From: Candidatus Omnitrophota bacterium
GTDB lineage: Bacteria > Omnitrophota > Gorgyraeia > DTHP01
Length of the DNA: 64,000 nt
NCBI GenBank assembly: GCA_023819145.1
Contig: JAMWCW010000001.1
Location: forward strand, 66,400 to 130,399
Direction: 5' to 3'
In this document: piece by piece, positions 23,396-31,922 of the stretch
How the letters are laid out: each line of letters opens with the position of its first letter
Position numbering within the stretch: position 1 is the first letter of the stretch
Notes under the pieces: model-generated
The model's input: only the letters and a program-made list of their open reading frames with translations
What the model was told of the DNA's origin: nothing
The model's database searches: none
Translations under genes and position numbers: made by a program

Positions 23396-26300
23396 ATGAA
23401 AAAGACAAGATTTTTACTAAACCGGGCCGGGGGAATTTTAATACTTTTCTTAATTTTGGCTTTTACAAAGCCGGGAGAGGGATTATTTTTTACTGGTGAT
23501 GACCCTACTCAATACCATATGAGTACTGGATGCGGGATGTATGGTAATGGTTGTAATGCTTTTGGGGATCAAGAACGGCAAACTCCAGGCTTACTGAGGC
23601 AAATGAGTTCGTCACCGGCGTCTATTCAATTTAAGGACGGAATTCCAGTGACAGGGGATTCAGTGAGGTGGTCTCTTTTCGATCTGGATAATGATGGTAA
23701 TGTTGATTGTTATATAGATGAAAGTGGAAATAGATATTTAAAAACTATAACCTCAGATGGCATAATAACAGGTTATATTTTAGCAAAAAATCTTGAAAAT
23801 GGAGATTTAGATGTTCAAGTATATGGATATACTCAAACTTCAGGTTATTTTCCTATAATTCCTATAGAACCACTTGATCACACAGAACAGAATACTCAGG
23901 TAGTTGAAACACAATACCGTTTAGTGGCACATTTTAAAGTAGACCAAGCCGCTGGGCTTAATTCTTTAATAAAAGCTATTTTAGATGATACTCGCCTGCA
24001 ATCATTCCTTCAAAAATTTGATCCCAATATGAATAGTATGCTTAATGTGGGTGGCCAACAACTGAAGTTAGTTGAAAGTTTTACATATAACGATACAGAC
24101 TCTGAATGGAATAAAAATGACCAGGAGGAAAAATATTACTCCTCTATAAATGGATATTTAAAAAGGGAGGTAATTTCTGGAAAGGAATATTATTATGTCT
24201 ATAATTCCGACTATACCTTAGCTGCGCGCTATACAAAAGATACTAGTGGTGATATCACAAGCTTGACATTTATTACTCCTTCTGGAGGAGCTTTTGAGCG
24301 AGGTAAGTTAATTAGTGGGACTGAATATGAATTATCCGGGGCTTCCTTGGGGTATCTGAAGGGCTTATCGGAACTCTCGCTAAATATAAATAATATAGGT
24401 TCTTTAATGGAAAAATCTGCAATAATAGCGGGAACCTCATGGCTTAAGTTAGGCGAAAACCACTATTTTCAGCTTAAAAAAGGAACAATTGAGCAGGTAG
24501 TAACTGTAACTGTAGCAGACGATGGAAAATCTTCTTCTTTAACTTTGCAAAGGCTCAAATTGGAAGATGATAAATTGGTAGTAGTAAATGGTCAGTCAAT
24601 AACTGTTTCCAACGCGCTTTTAACTGGCAAGTTGCCAAGCGGATACTTAGATTCCTCAATTACTTCCCCTAAAGTCTTAGACCTTATTTTAAAAGGAGCC
24701 TCCATAGATTACACTCATCAGAGAATTTATTTTGATTATACAGGAAAGACTTATGCTTATGATGTTACTGGAGAAGGCTTACAGTATTATTATGTTTATT
24801 ATATGGGCGGAGGAAATACATTACCATTATTACAAATTTATGGTCCTGATACTAATATAACAACTGAAAACCCTGATTTAACTTTAACTGTGCCACAAGA
24901 ATTAAAAATCACTAATTTTACTTTTAATGTTAAAGGAACTAGCGCTACATTATCTTTCCAAGCAGATGGTAAAGAATACACATATAACCTTCCTACTAGT
25001 AAAAATGGTTCTTTTACCTTGAGTATTGATCCCCAAGCCACTGGTGCAGGGGTAATTGCACCTACTATTAAAATACTACCACCCGCATTAAGCGAGGAGC
25101 AAAAAAGATGGATTGCTAGTATTTTGGGTCTAGAAGACGATCCGGGTGGTCGAACAGCCGTACAACAATTGGATAATTTATTGGGAGATTCCCAAAATTA
25201 TTTTGTAACTGGTAATTATTTTGGGATTCAATCAGGAGAGAGTATTTTTATATTTAATACTTCCTCACTAAGTGCAGGTAGTAGATATCTTAAATTTGAT
25301 GGTAAAAATCTAATAATTAATGAGGGTACTACAACTATAACTATAGGAGATTTCGCTAAAGTTTTAAAGAGTCTAGGATTCTCTGCTTGGCTGGATGCTT
25401 TTAAATCTATGGAGGAAGATTCTCTGAGGACCCTTTTTGGACTAAATCCGAGCAATTCAGCCAATTTCACACTTGCCTTTGAGAAGATTATTACTGAGGC
25501 GCAGAAAGAGTTTTATAATTTCTCGTTTGAGAAAGACACAAGTGGTAGTAATTATTCGCCTAGGGGATATGCTAAGGCTATGTTGGATAATTCCCGATCT
25601 GTTGTTGTTGTTGAGTTTTATATTAGTGATGGGGATAGTTTCACCAAAGTTTTAGGATTTGATAGACCTACATTACTGCAAATATTAGATAGATCAGAAA
25701 CCTTTGAAGGCTTGTATGAAAAAGCTAAGGGATTTGTCAGGAATATTAGTTATGTAAAAAGGTTAGATGGAACTTATGTTTGGGTATGTAGTATAGGTAA
25801 TAAGTTTGTTCAATTTTATTCTATTGGAGGAGGAAGTGAATGGTGGGCATTGGCTGTTGATGCTACTGGTGATGTTACTGTATATGATAGCGGATGGGAG
25901 ATAAAATATACAATTGCTAAAATAGAGTTAGAATCGTCACCATCACCAAGCGTTGATTTAGTAAAAAGCCTAATTTTTGATGAGCAAACATTGCATCTTC
26001 TTCGGTTAAGTATAGAGCAAAGAGGAGACGGTGGTGTAACAGGTGTAACAATCCAAAGAAACAAAATAGAAGTGTGGGAACTGAAAAAAGCTTCGGCGAA
26101 TAGTAATGCGTTAAAGAGGATAGAAAAATTTACTTTGCTTGGAGAGGAATCTGTGGTAGCAGGAAGGGCGACCCCACTTGATCCAGAGCCAGTTATTGAA
26201 TTCGGCAGTAGAAAAATAAAGGAAATCCAATTTACCAATTTTGCGGGGATGGTAACCTTCGCTCGAGGAATTAGTTTTAAGACTCAGGGTGATAAAAGTT

Positions 26301-29300
26301 ATCTGATTTTAGGAGGAAAAATTTATGAGCTTTCTTTAGCAGAAGATGGATCAATCTTTACAATTAGCCAAACTCCTATTATTACGATTGAGCAACAAAC
26401 TTGGGAAGCAATAAGAACACTTATTGCTTACGAGCGGACAAATACTGGAAGTGTAACTGGCCCGAGTGCAATTGGCTGGGCTGATATTAGTATAGTAATA
26501 GAAAAAGAGGACAAAGTGTACTTTGAGGTGCCAGTGAAATCAATTGATGAGGGAAGATATGTATTGAGATTTGATAGTAAGGGACAATTAATTAAGAGAG
26601 ATGGTGCAGTATTGAGTTTTACTCCCACAGATTCAGATGAATCCCAAAAAGCAGAAAGCTTTAAAACATTTTTGCAAAATAATGTAGGCAATCTTCCTTT
26701 ATCTGCAGCAGGCAAAGCCTATGAGAGATTTTGTTCACAGTTGGCAATTGCTGGTGTGGCTAAAGTAGATTGGGAGATATTTCTTCGTAGCTGGAATGAA
26801 GGGGCAAAAACTCTTGAAGGCTTTAGTGACCCCGGATGGGGTGGGGGACTTAGTAGGAGCGAACTTATCGCGGCATTGGAGCTTAGTGATGAGCAGAAAC
26901 AACAGCAGTTGCGTAGAATTGAGGCTACAGATATAAATGGGTTTAATAAATATCTTTATATTGATGACAAGGGAAATATAGTTTATGTAGAAGAACTACC
27001 TGATCCCTCGAAAGGAAAATATAAAGGATATTTATTAAGGTATCAGTGGAATGATTCTGCTAATCCTCCGGAAGCGAATATTTCTGGAGTATTGGTAGGA
27101 GCTATGCAGCGTTCAACTTCACAAAATGTTTTATCACAAAATGTTTTATATGGAATAGTAGCAGAGGTTGATAATGGTGGGGGTTATGTAAAATTGAATG
27201 ATAAAGGATTTGAATTAAATTTAAATATTATATTTAAAGGTAATAACAAGGGGTATGAGAATCTTTTTGATTTTGAAACATACAAAATCGAAATCAAGGT
27301 TAGTAGAGTGGATAATACATTGACGCAGGTAGAAACAACGAATTGGGCTAATTCTAATGCGCAAAGATGGTATACGAGCTCTACCATTACTACAGTAGTA
27401 GGGCTACTGGAGGATGGGAAATTTGAAAAAAAGCGAGAAGAAAGGGTATTAAAAAATAATGAGGGGGAGCAAGAAACAATCACTTTTCCTGAATTTGATG
27501 GAAAAGGCAACCCCACTAAAAAACAGGTGCATTCTTTGAGGAAAGTCGATATTGAGGGTTGGGAATGGAGAGAGGATAATTATACAGAGACAGGAACTCT
27601 TAACAGTAATCAACAATGGGTGAGGAAAGGTTATGAACCTAATACTCAAAGGACAATTAAGCTAAGTAGAGGAAATGGGGATTATCTACAGCAGGAGTAC
27701 TCTATAGATGGAAATGGAAAAGCAATCAGATGTGTTATTGAGGAAAAAAGAGGTTCGGTAACTGCCAAAGTAGAAGAAGAAGTAGTAGGTGAAGGGGATT
27801 TATTATTCTTAGGAGAGAATACACAACTTACCTTGAATATTAATGGAGATAGGATAGATCCCAAAACAGGACAAACGGTAAGTGTAAGTGGCAATAATGT
27901 AGTAAGGTCTGTTTATGTATTTAAGGACGAAGAGGTGGCAGCACTTAAACAGCAGGGCTTAACCATAAGGGCTGGTATTCCTTATATCCTTGATAAATAT
28001 GAAGATGGTTCGTTTAGAATATATACCGCATTTGTAGAACAAACATATCTTGATGCACAAGGAAAACCTAAAGCGTATTATGTGGCTGGAGAATATGTAG
28101 GAACCCTTGGTTCAAAAAAAGCCAGTGACGGTGCCAGTGGCGGAGGCGGTGGAGGAGGTGGAGGAGGTGGAGGAGGTGGACCGGCAGGAAGTGACAAAAT
28201 TCCTCCTTCACAAATAGCTAATCAGGATACAGGAGAGATTGTTGGTGGTATGGAAGGGCAATTAGATGGTTTTGTGAAAAGAAGCTATCCTGAGAGAGTA
28301 GAGGAATTAGCTCATACTTATCGGGCAATGGGTCCGGGAATGAAGGAGAGAGCACTTTCTATAAACGATAGAGATAGTGCCAGAATATATCTATTGGGGA
28401 GATTTCTTTCCAGAGATAAAATTAAACAAGTTCTTTCGGTTCTTAAAAATAAGAATCTTTCTATTGAGGAAAAACGCGCTTTACTTAAGAAACTGGGGCT
28501 TTCGGATAAATTGCTTGACTTACTCCTTAATGGTGATGAAGAAGCATTAATTAAAGAAGCTCAAAAAATGCTCCTTAAGGATTTCGGGCTTTCTGATGAG
28601 GAGATTGAAGAATTCTTCAAGAGCAGTGATAAAAAAGGATATTTGCAGAAGAAAGGACTTTCTGATGAACGCATTGAGGCGGTAATGGAGATAACAGATT
28701 TAGAGAAGGCTCAAGAGGCAATCCTTAATCAGGAGGCAGTTTTGGAAGAGTTGCTCAGTGAGGAAGAGAAAGCACTTATGGAGGAGCTTTTTGCTTTGTT
28801 AGAGGAATATACCGGATTTATTAGTGATGAAGAGTATGCGGAATTAAGGGAGATTTTGGTAGATTTGGGGCTTTCTGAGGAGACCATAGATGATTTAATA
28901 GGTAAAAATGCGGATGAGTTTATGAATAGTCAGTTGCGGAATTGGGCAATGATGGATGAGAAAAATATTCTTGAATTGGCAAGGATGCTTTTCTTTGATG
29001 AAGACTTAAAGTTAGATAAATGGACTGCGGAGTTTATTGTAAAAGGTGATGAGTTTATGGTAAATGAGCTCTTAAGTAAAATTAGACAAGCAGTAAAAGA
29101 GTATCTTGAAGAGTATTGGGGTAAAGAGGTCAGTGAAGAAGAAGTTAAAGGTTTGGATGAGGCGACTAGAGAGAAAATTGCCGATGCTTTACTGCAAGCG
29201 ATAGGTAGAGGAGGACTTACGCTGGAAAATGCTTCTAAAAAAGTAAAGGAAATTCTTGCAGAGATTATCCCTTTGAAGGAAGCGAAAGAGGAGAAGAGCC

Positions 29301-29443
29301 CTATTCAGCCAGCACCTTCTCCGGAACCGTTACAGCCACAATCTCTTGCTGCGGTAAGTATTCAGGGTAACTGGAGGAGCAAAAATAATGATGATGATAT
29401 TCCGCGGTTGTTAAGAGAAAAAAATGAACTCAGAAGCAGATAG
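23396..29443 (+). CDS. giant secreted protein, 2015 aa: signal peptide, about 1580 aa of beta-rich region, a Gly14 hinge, then an acidic helical C-terminal domain with GLSD/E repeats
   Basis: The RBS aaggaggg precedes ATG 23396. The N-terminus is GGILILFLILAFT. I recognise no catalytic motif. Confidence 0.7.
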   Translation: MKKTRFLLNRAGGILILFLILAFTKPGEGLFFTGDDPTQYHMSTGCGMYGNGCNAFGDQERQTPGLLRQMSSSPASIQFKDGIPVTGDSVRWSLFDLDNDGNVDCYIDESGNRYLKTITSDGIITGYILAKNLENGDLDVQVYGYTQTSGYFPIIPIEPLDHTEQNTQVVETQYRLVAHFKVDQAAGLNSLIKAILDDTRLQSFLQKFDPNMNSMLNVGGQQLKLVESFTYNDTDSEWNKNDQEEKYYSSINGYLKREVISGKEYYYVYNSDYTLAARYTKDTSGDITSLTFITPSGGAFERGKLISGTEYELSGASLGYLKGLSELSLNINNIGSLMEKSAIIAGTSWLKLGENHYFQLKKGTIEQVVTVTVADDGKSSSLTLQRLKLEDDKLVVVNGQSITVSNALLTGKLPSGYLDSSITSPKVLDLILKGASIDYTHQRIYFDYTGKTYAYDVTGEGLQYYYVYYMGGGNTLPLLQIYGPDTNITTENPDLTLTVPQELKITNFTFNVKGTSATLSFQADGKEYTYNLPTSKNGSFTLSIDPQATGAGVIAPTIKILPPALSEEQKRWIASILGLEDDPGGRTAVQQLDNLLGDSQNYFVTGNYFGIQSGESIFIFNTSSLSAGSRYLKFDGKNLIINEGTTTITIGDFAKVLKSLGFSAWLDAFKSMEEDSLRTLFGLNPSNSANFTLAFEKIITEAQKEFYNFSFEKDTSGSNYSPRGYAKAMLDNSRSVVVVEFYISDGDSFTKVLGFDRPTLLQILDRSETFEGLYEKAKGFVRNISYVKRLDGTYVWVCSIGNKFVQFYSIGGGSEWWALAVDATGDVTVYDSGWEIKYTIAKIELESSPSPSVDLVKSLIFDEQTLHLLRLSIEQRGDGGVTGVTIQRNKIEVWELKKASANSNALKRIEKFTLLGEESVVAGRATPLDPEPVIEFGSRKIKEIQFTNFAGMVTFARGISFKTQGDKSYLILGGKIYELSLAEDGSIFTISQTPIITIEQQTWEAIRTLIAYERTNTGSVTGPSAIGWADISIVIEKEDKVYFEVPVKSIDEGRYVLRFDSKGQLIKRDGAVLSFTPTDSDESQKAESFKTFLQNNVGNLPLSAAGKAYERFCSQLAIAGVAKVDWEIFLRSWNEGAKTLEGFSDPGWGGGLSRSELIAALELSDEQKQQQLRRIEATDINGFNKYLYIDDKGNIVYVEELPDPSKGKYKGYLLRYQWNDSANPPEANISGVLVGAMQRSTSQNVLSQNVLYGIVAEVDNGGGYVKLNDKGFELNLNIIFKGNNKGYENLFDFETYKIEIKVSRVDNTLTQVETTNWANSNAQRWYTSSTITTVVGLLEDGKFEKKREERVLKNNEGEQETITFPEFDGKGNPTKKQVHSLRKVDIEGWEWREDNYTETGTLNSNQQWVRKGYEPNTQRTIKLSRGNGDYLQQEYSIDGNGKAIRCVIEEKRGSVTAKVEEEVVGEGDLLFLGENTQLTLNINGDRIDPKTGQTVSVSGNNVVRSVYVFKDEEVAALKQQGLTIRAGIPYILDKYEDGSFRIYTAFVEQTYLDAQGKPKAYYVAGEYVGTLGSKKASDGASGGGGGGGGGGGGGGPAGSDKIPPSQIANQDTGEIVGGMEGQLDGFVKRSYPERVEELAHTYRAMGPGMKERALSINDRDSARIYLLGRFLSRDKIKQVLSVLKNKNLSIEEKRALLKKLGLSDKLLDLLLNGDEEALIKEAQKMLLKDFGLSDEEIEEFFKSSDKKGYLQKKGLSDERIEAVMEITDLEKAQEAILNQEAVLEELLSEEEKALMEELFALLEEYTGFISDEEYAELREILVDLGLSEETIDDLIGKNADEFMNSQLRNWAMMDEKNILELARMLFFDEDLKLDKWTAEFIVKGDEFMVNELLSKIRQAVKEYLEEYWGKEVSEEEVKGLDEATREKIADALLQAIGRGGLTLENASKKVKEILAEIIPLKEAKEEKSPIQPAPSPEPLQPQSLAAVSIQGNWRSKNNDDDIPRLLREKNELRSR
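28139..28180 (+). repeat. coding GGN microsatellite encoding Gly14, with (ggtggagga) repeated about three times
   Basis: The sequence reads ggc gga ggc ggt gga gga ggt gga gga ggt gga gga ggt gga. Confidence 0.9.
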
Positions 29444-29474
29444 GTTAAACAAAAGTAATTAACCCCAAACCCCT

Positions 29475-29500
29475 GCCCACCGCGTAGGTGGGCATTTTTT
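29475..29500 (+). terminator. intrinsic terminator after the 2015-aa gene, formed by the left REP of pair 2
   Basis: The stem pairs GCCCACC (29475-29481) with GGTGGGC (29487-29493). The loop is GCGTA, followed by A and TTTTTT. Confidence 0.6.
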
Positions 29501-29501
29501 C

Positions 29502-29530
29502 TTGACATAAGCTTATAAATTTGCTATATT
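29502..29530 (+). promoter_or_regulatory. promoter TTGACA-N17-TATATT for the transposase gene, located between the two REPs of pair 2
   Basis: TTGACA at 29502-29507 and TATATT at 29525-29530. Confidence 0.55.
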
Positions 29531-29622
29531 TATTATAGAGTTTAAGGGACACCTACGCGGTGGGATAGGTTTTATTAATTATAGGAGAGTATAAAGAAGT
29601 TAACGAGAGTTAAGGAGAAAAA

Positions 29623-30276
29623 ATGAGAAAGAATTTTCTGGCAGTAGGAGAAATTTATCACGTGTTGAATAAAAGTATTGCGGGTTTTCAGATTTTTAAC
29701 GATGAAGATGAATATCAGCGAATGGCTGGGCTTTTTGCCTATTATCAAAAAGAGAATCCTCCAGTTAAGTTCTCTAAGTATTTAAATTCCAATAAAAAAG
29801 GTTCTGAGGGGGAGAATACAGGAAATAAATTAGTGGAAATTATCGCCTATTGTCTTATGCCTACCCATCTTCATCTCTTATTGAGACAGATGAAAGAAGA
29901 AGGGATTTCTCTTTTTATGGGAAATGTTTTAAATAGCTACACCCGCTATTTTAATACCCGACATAAGCGCAAAGGACCTCTCTGGGAGGGTAGATTTAAA
30001 AGAATTCAAGTAAAAACCGAGGAAAATTTATTGCACCTTACCCGCTATATCCATCTTAATCCGGTTACAGCGTATCTGGTGAACAAGCCCGAGGATTGGC
30101 TTTTTTCTTCTTATCGAGAGTATTTAGGTCAGGTTGATGGTAAGGAGAAAATTTGCAATTTTGAAGATTCTTTAGAGATAGGCCCTGACTATAAAGAATT
30201 TGTGGAAGATAGAATTTCTTACCAGAGAGAACTTGCTCAGATTAAAGATTTAATAGTTGAAAACCTCTCCACCTAA
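29623..30276 (+). CDS. REP-associated tyrosine transposase (RayT, IS200/IS605 TnpA-like Y1 HUH enzyme)
   Basis: The HUH motif is in CLMPTHLHLLLRQ. The Tyr helix is LLHLTRYIHLNPV. At 217 aa the size is typical. Confidence 0.8.
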   Translation: MRKNFLAVGEIYHVLNKSIAGFQIFNDEDEYQRMAGLFAYYQKENPPVKFSKYLNSNKKGSEGENTGNKLVEIIAYCLMPTHLHLLLRQMKEEGISLFMGNVLNSYTRYFNTRHKRKGPLWEGRFKRIQVKTEENLLHLTRYIHLNPVTAYLVNKPEDWLFSSYREYLGQVDGKEKICNFEDSLEIGPDYKEFVEDRISYQRELAQIKDLIVENLST

Positions 30277-30280
30277 ACCT

Positions 30281-30377
30281 TAGACCACCTCGTAGGTGTC
30301 CTAAATCGATGATTATAAGTGTAAGAAATTATGTAGCTTATGATGAAGGAAATAGACCACCTACGAGGTGGGTACGG
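30281..30377. repeat. REP-like inverted-repeat pair 3
   Basis: GACCACCTCGTAGGTGTCC at 30283-30301 faces GACCACCTACGAGGTGGGTACGG at 30355-30377. Confidence 0.75.
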
Positions 30378-30439
30378 TTTATAACGGTAGGAAAAGGAAG
30401 GAAGAAGAGGAAAGGTAAGTGAGAGGAGGAAAGAGGGAG

Positions 30440-30838
30440 ATGAAAAAAAGAATTCTGTTTTTGGGGATGGTTGGAGTATTATTGAGTTTTGTTTCTTGTG
30501 GAAAGGCAAAAGAGGAAGTTTACGAATCAGAGACAAAGGCAAGCGAAGAGGTGAAAATAGCTATGGTAGAGGAGGGAGAAATGGCCCAGAAACCTGAACT
30601 AAAATATGTGGAAGGAGAGCTTTTAGTAAAGTTTAAACCCGAAGTTTCTGCAGAAGAGATAATTACGATCCTCAAAGACGAATATCAATGCGAGATTATT
30701 GATATTATAAAAGGATTAGATGTTTACAGGATAAAAATGCCCAAAGGAAAAACTGTCCCCGAGATGGTGGAGTTATTGAGTAAAGATGAACGGGTGAAAT
30801 ACGCCGAACCTAACTATATCTATCGCTTACAGATGTAG
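30440..30838 (+). CDS. lipoprotein consisting only of a subtilase propeptide (I9/fervidolysin-type prodomain)-like domain
   Basis: The RBS gaggagg precedes ATG 30440. The lipobox is LLSFVSCG. GELLVKFKPEVSAEE...VKYAEPNYIYRL matches the S8 N-terminal prodomain pattern, and no protease domain follows. Confidence 0.55.
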   Translation: MKKRILFLGMVGVLLSFVSCGKAKEEVYESETKASEEVKIAMVEEGEMAQKPELKYVEGELLVKFKPEVSAEEIITILKDEYQCEIIDIIKGLDVYRIKMPKGKTVPEMVELLSKDERVKYAEPNYIYRLQM

Positions 30839-30895
30839 AGGTAAAACATGAGACGCAGTATAATCGCGAGAGATAAAGCGGAATTAGTGCGCAAA

Positions 30896-31612
30896 ATGAG
30901 GCTAAAATATTTATTTTCTTTTGGCGTAATCAGCGGGTTTGTTTTTTACTCTGGCTTGGCTTTCGCAGAGGAAAAAGCAGAAAAGCTTGAGGATTACAGC
31001 AAGTACGGTTATACCCTTAAATATAAAGACCCCAAGGTCTATACTACGCAACCGGGAGAAAAAGAATCTCCCTACCATCAGAAAGAACCCCAGCTTCCTC
31101 CCGCTTTAGAAGGCAGAACCAAATCGCCCCAATGGTCTAAACCAGAAAAGTTGCAAGAGGTTAAACCGGAAGAACTCTACATGCCTCCCTTGGAAGCAAT
31201 TTTAGGCTCATTACCACCTCCTCGCGAAGAGGAAAGCGTAGAAGAAAAGATTTTAACTAAAGAAGGGGAGATTTCCTTAGAGGCTTGGGGAGAAAAAGTA
31301 GAGTTAATGATTGAGGAAGTTCTGGGGAAAGAAGCTGAGGTGAAATTGGTAAGAGAAGGATTTTCTTTTACTACGCCGGTTACTCCCGTAGAGGAAGAAG
31401 AAGAAAAAGAAGTCCAAGAAAAACCTTCTACCTCCCTTTTCTCTGATACTTGGGAGATGCTTATCCAAGAAGGAAGGGTTACCCTTAAACCTTTAGGGAA
31501 AGTCTCACCCGAAGATTTAGAGAAAATTGCTGCTTATTTAGTAGACCTCTTAGGAAGGGGCGGAGAAATAACTAAGATAAGTCCGGAAGGAATTGAGGTT
31601 GAACTAAAATAG
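30896..31612 (+). CDS. secreted Glu/Pro-rich hypothetical protein
   Basis: The signal peptide is MRLKYLFSFGVISGFVFYSGLAFA/EE. The track start at 30848 is also possible. Confidence 0.5.
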   Translation: MRLKYLFSFGVISGFVFYSGLAFAEEKAEKLEDYSKYGYTLKYKDPKVYTTQPGEKESPYHQKEPQLPPALEGRTKSPQWSKPEKLQEVKPEELYMPPLEAILGSLPPPREEESVEEKILTKEGEISLEAWGEKVELMIEEVLGKEAEVKLVREGFSFTTPVTPVEEEEEKEVQEKPSTSLFSDTWEMLIQEGRVTLKPLGKVSPEDLEKIAAYLVDLLGRGGEITKISPEGIEVELK

Positions 31613-31762
31613 ATACTGTATCAAACCATATCAAGAAACTTTCTCGCTTATTTATTCCCAAATCTCACGAGAAAAGATAAACCGTATCAGAGCCGTGATA
31701 CGGTATTTAATTTCCTAAATTACCGAGCCACTCTCCATAAAGCAAGGGTATCAACTGTATCA
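31612..31762. promoter_or_regulatory. cluster of GATAC/GTATC half-sites upstream of the efflux operon
   Basis: GATACtGTATC is at 31612-31622. ACCGTATCA-gagccg-TGATACGGT is at 31681-31704. GGGTATCAACTGTATCA is at 31746-31762. Confidence 0.35.
31681..31715 (+). terminator. possible intrinsic terminator: a 9-bp perfect stem followed by a T-rich tail
   Basis: ACCGTATCA and TGATACGGT form the stem with a 6-nt loop, followed by atttaatttcc. It could instead be an operator. Confidence 0.3.
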
Positions 31763-31838
31763 TAATTCTTTAAAAACCCTTGCCAAAATCCCTGCCGAAA
31801 AAGATAAGAAAAAAATATAACCAAAATGATTTTTTTTC

Positions 31839-31867
31839 TTGACAAAAGTTCTTAATTATGATAAGGT
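31839..31867 (+). promoter_or_regulatory. possible promoter TTGACA-N17-TAAGGT with TGa extended -10, for the efflux operon
   Basis: TTGACA at 31839-31844. The track's TTG start codon is the -35 element. Confidence 0.3.
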
Positions 31868-31922
31868 TAAAACCCTGATACTGTTTGATATAGTTAAACC
31901 CCCTTTAAAACAGGAGGGAGAA

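Larger units (their letters stand above)
29471..29570. repeat. REP-like inverted-repeat pair 2
   Basis: CCCACCGCGTAGGTG at 29477-29491 faces CACCTACGCGGTGGG at 29550-29564. They are exact reverse complements. Confidence 0.75.
29471..30377 (+). mobile_element. REP pair, RayT-like Y1 transposase, REP pair unit
   Basis: The transposase ORF is flanked on both sides by inverted REP pairs that share a CACCT-CGT/ACG-AGGTG core containing GTAG. Confidence 0.65.

Noticed and set aside
28139-28180. The GGN-rich tract as a G-quadruplex or a non-coding repeat.
   Set aside because: It is in frame within a continuous 2015-codon ORF and encodes Gly14. I treat it as a coding microsatellite.
18481-30377. 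Whether the repeated CACCTxCGxGGTG elements could be a CRISPR array.
   Set aside because: They occur as three inverted pairs separated by kilobases, not as regularly spaced direct repeats with unique spacers. The context of a RayT gene and hairpin-forming arms fits REP/BIME-type elements.
31839-31922. The TTG start that extends the TolC-like ORF by 28 codons.
   Set aside because: The TTG is part of a TTGACA -35-like hexamer. ATG 31923 has a strong RBS (caggaggg) and is directly followed by the signal sequence.
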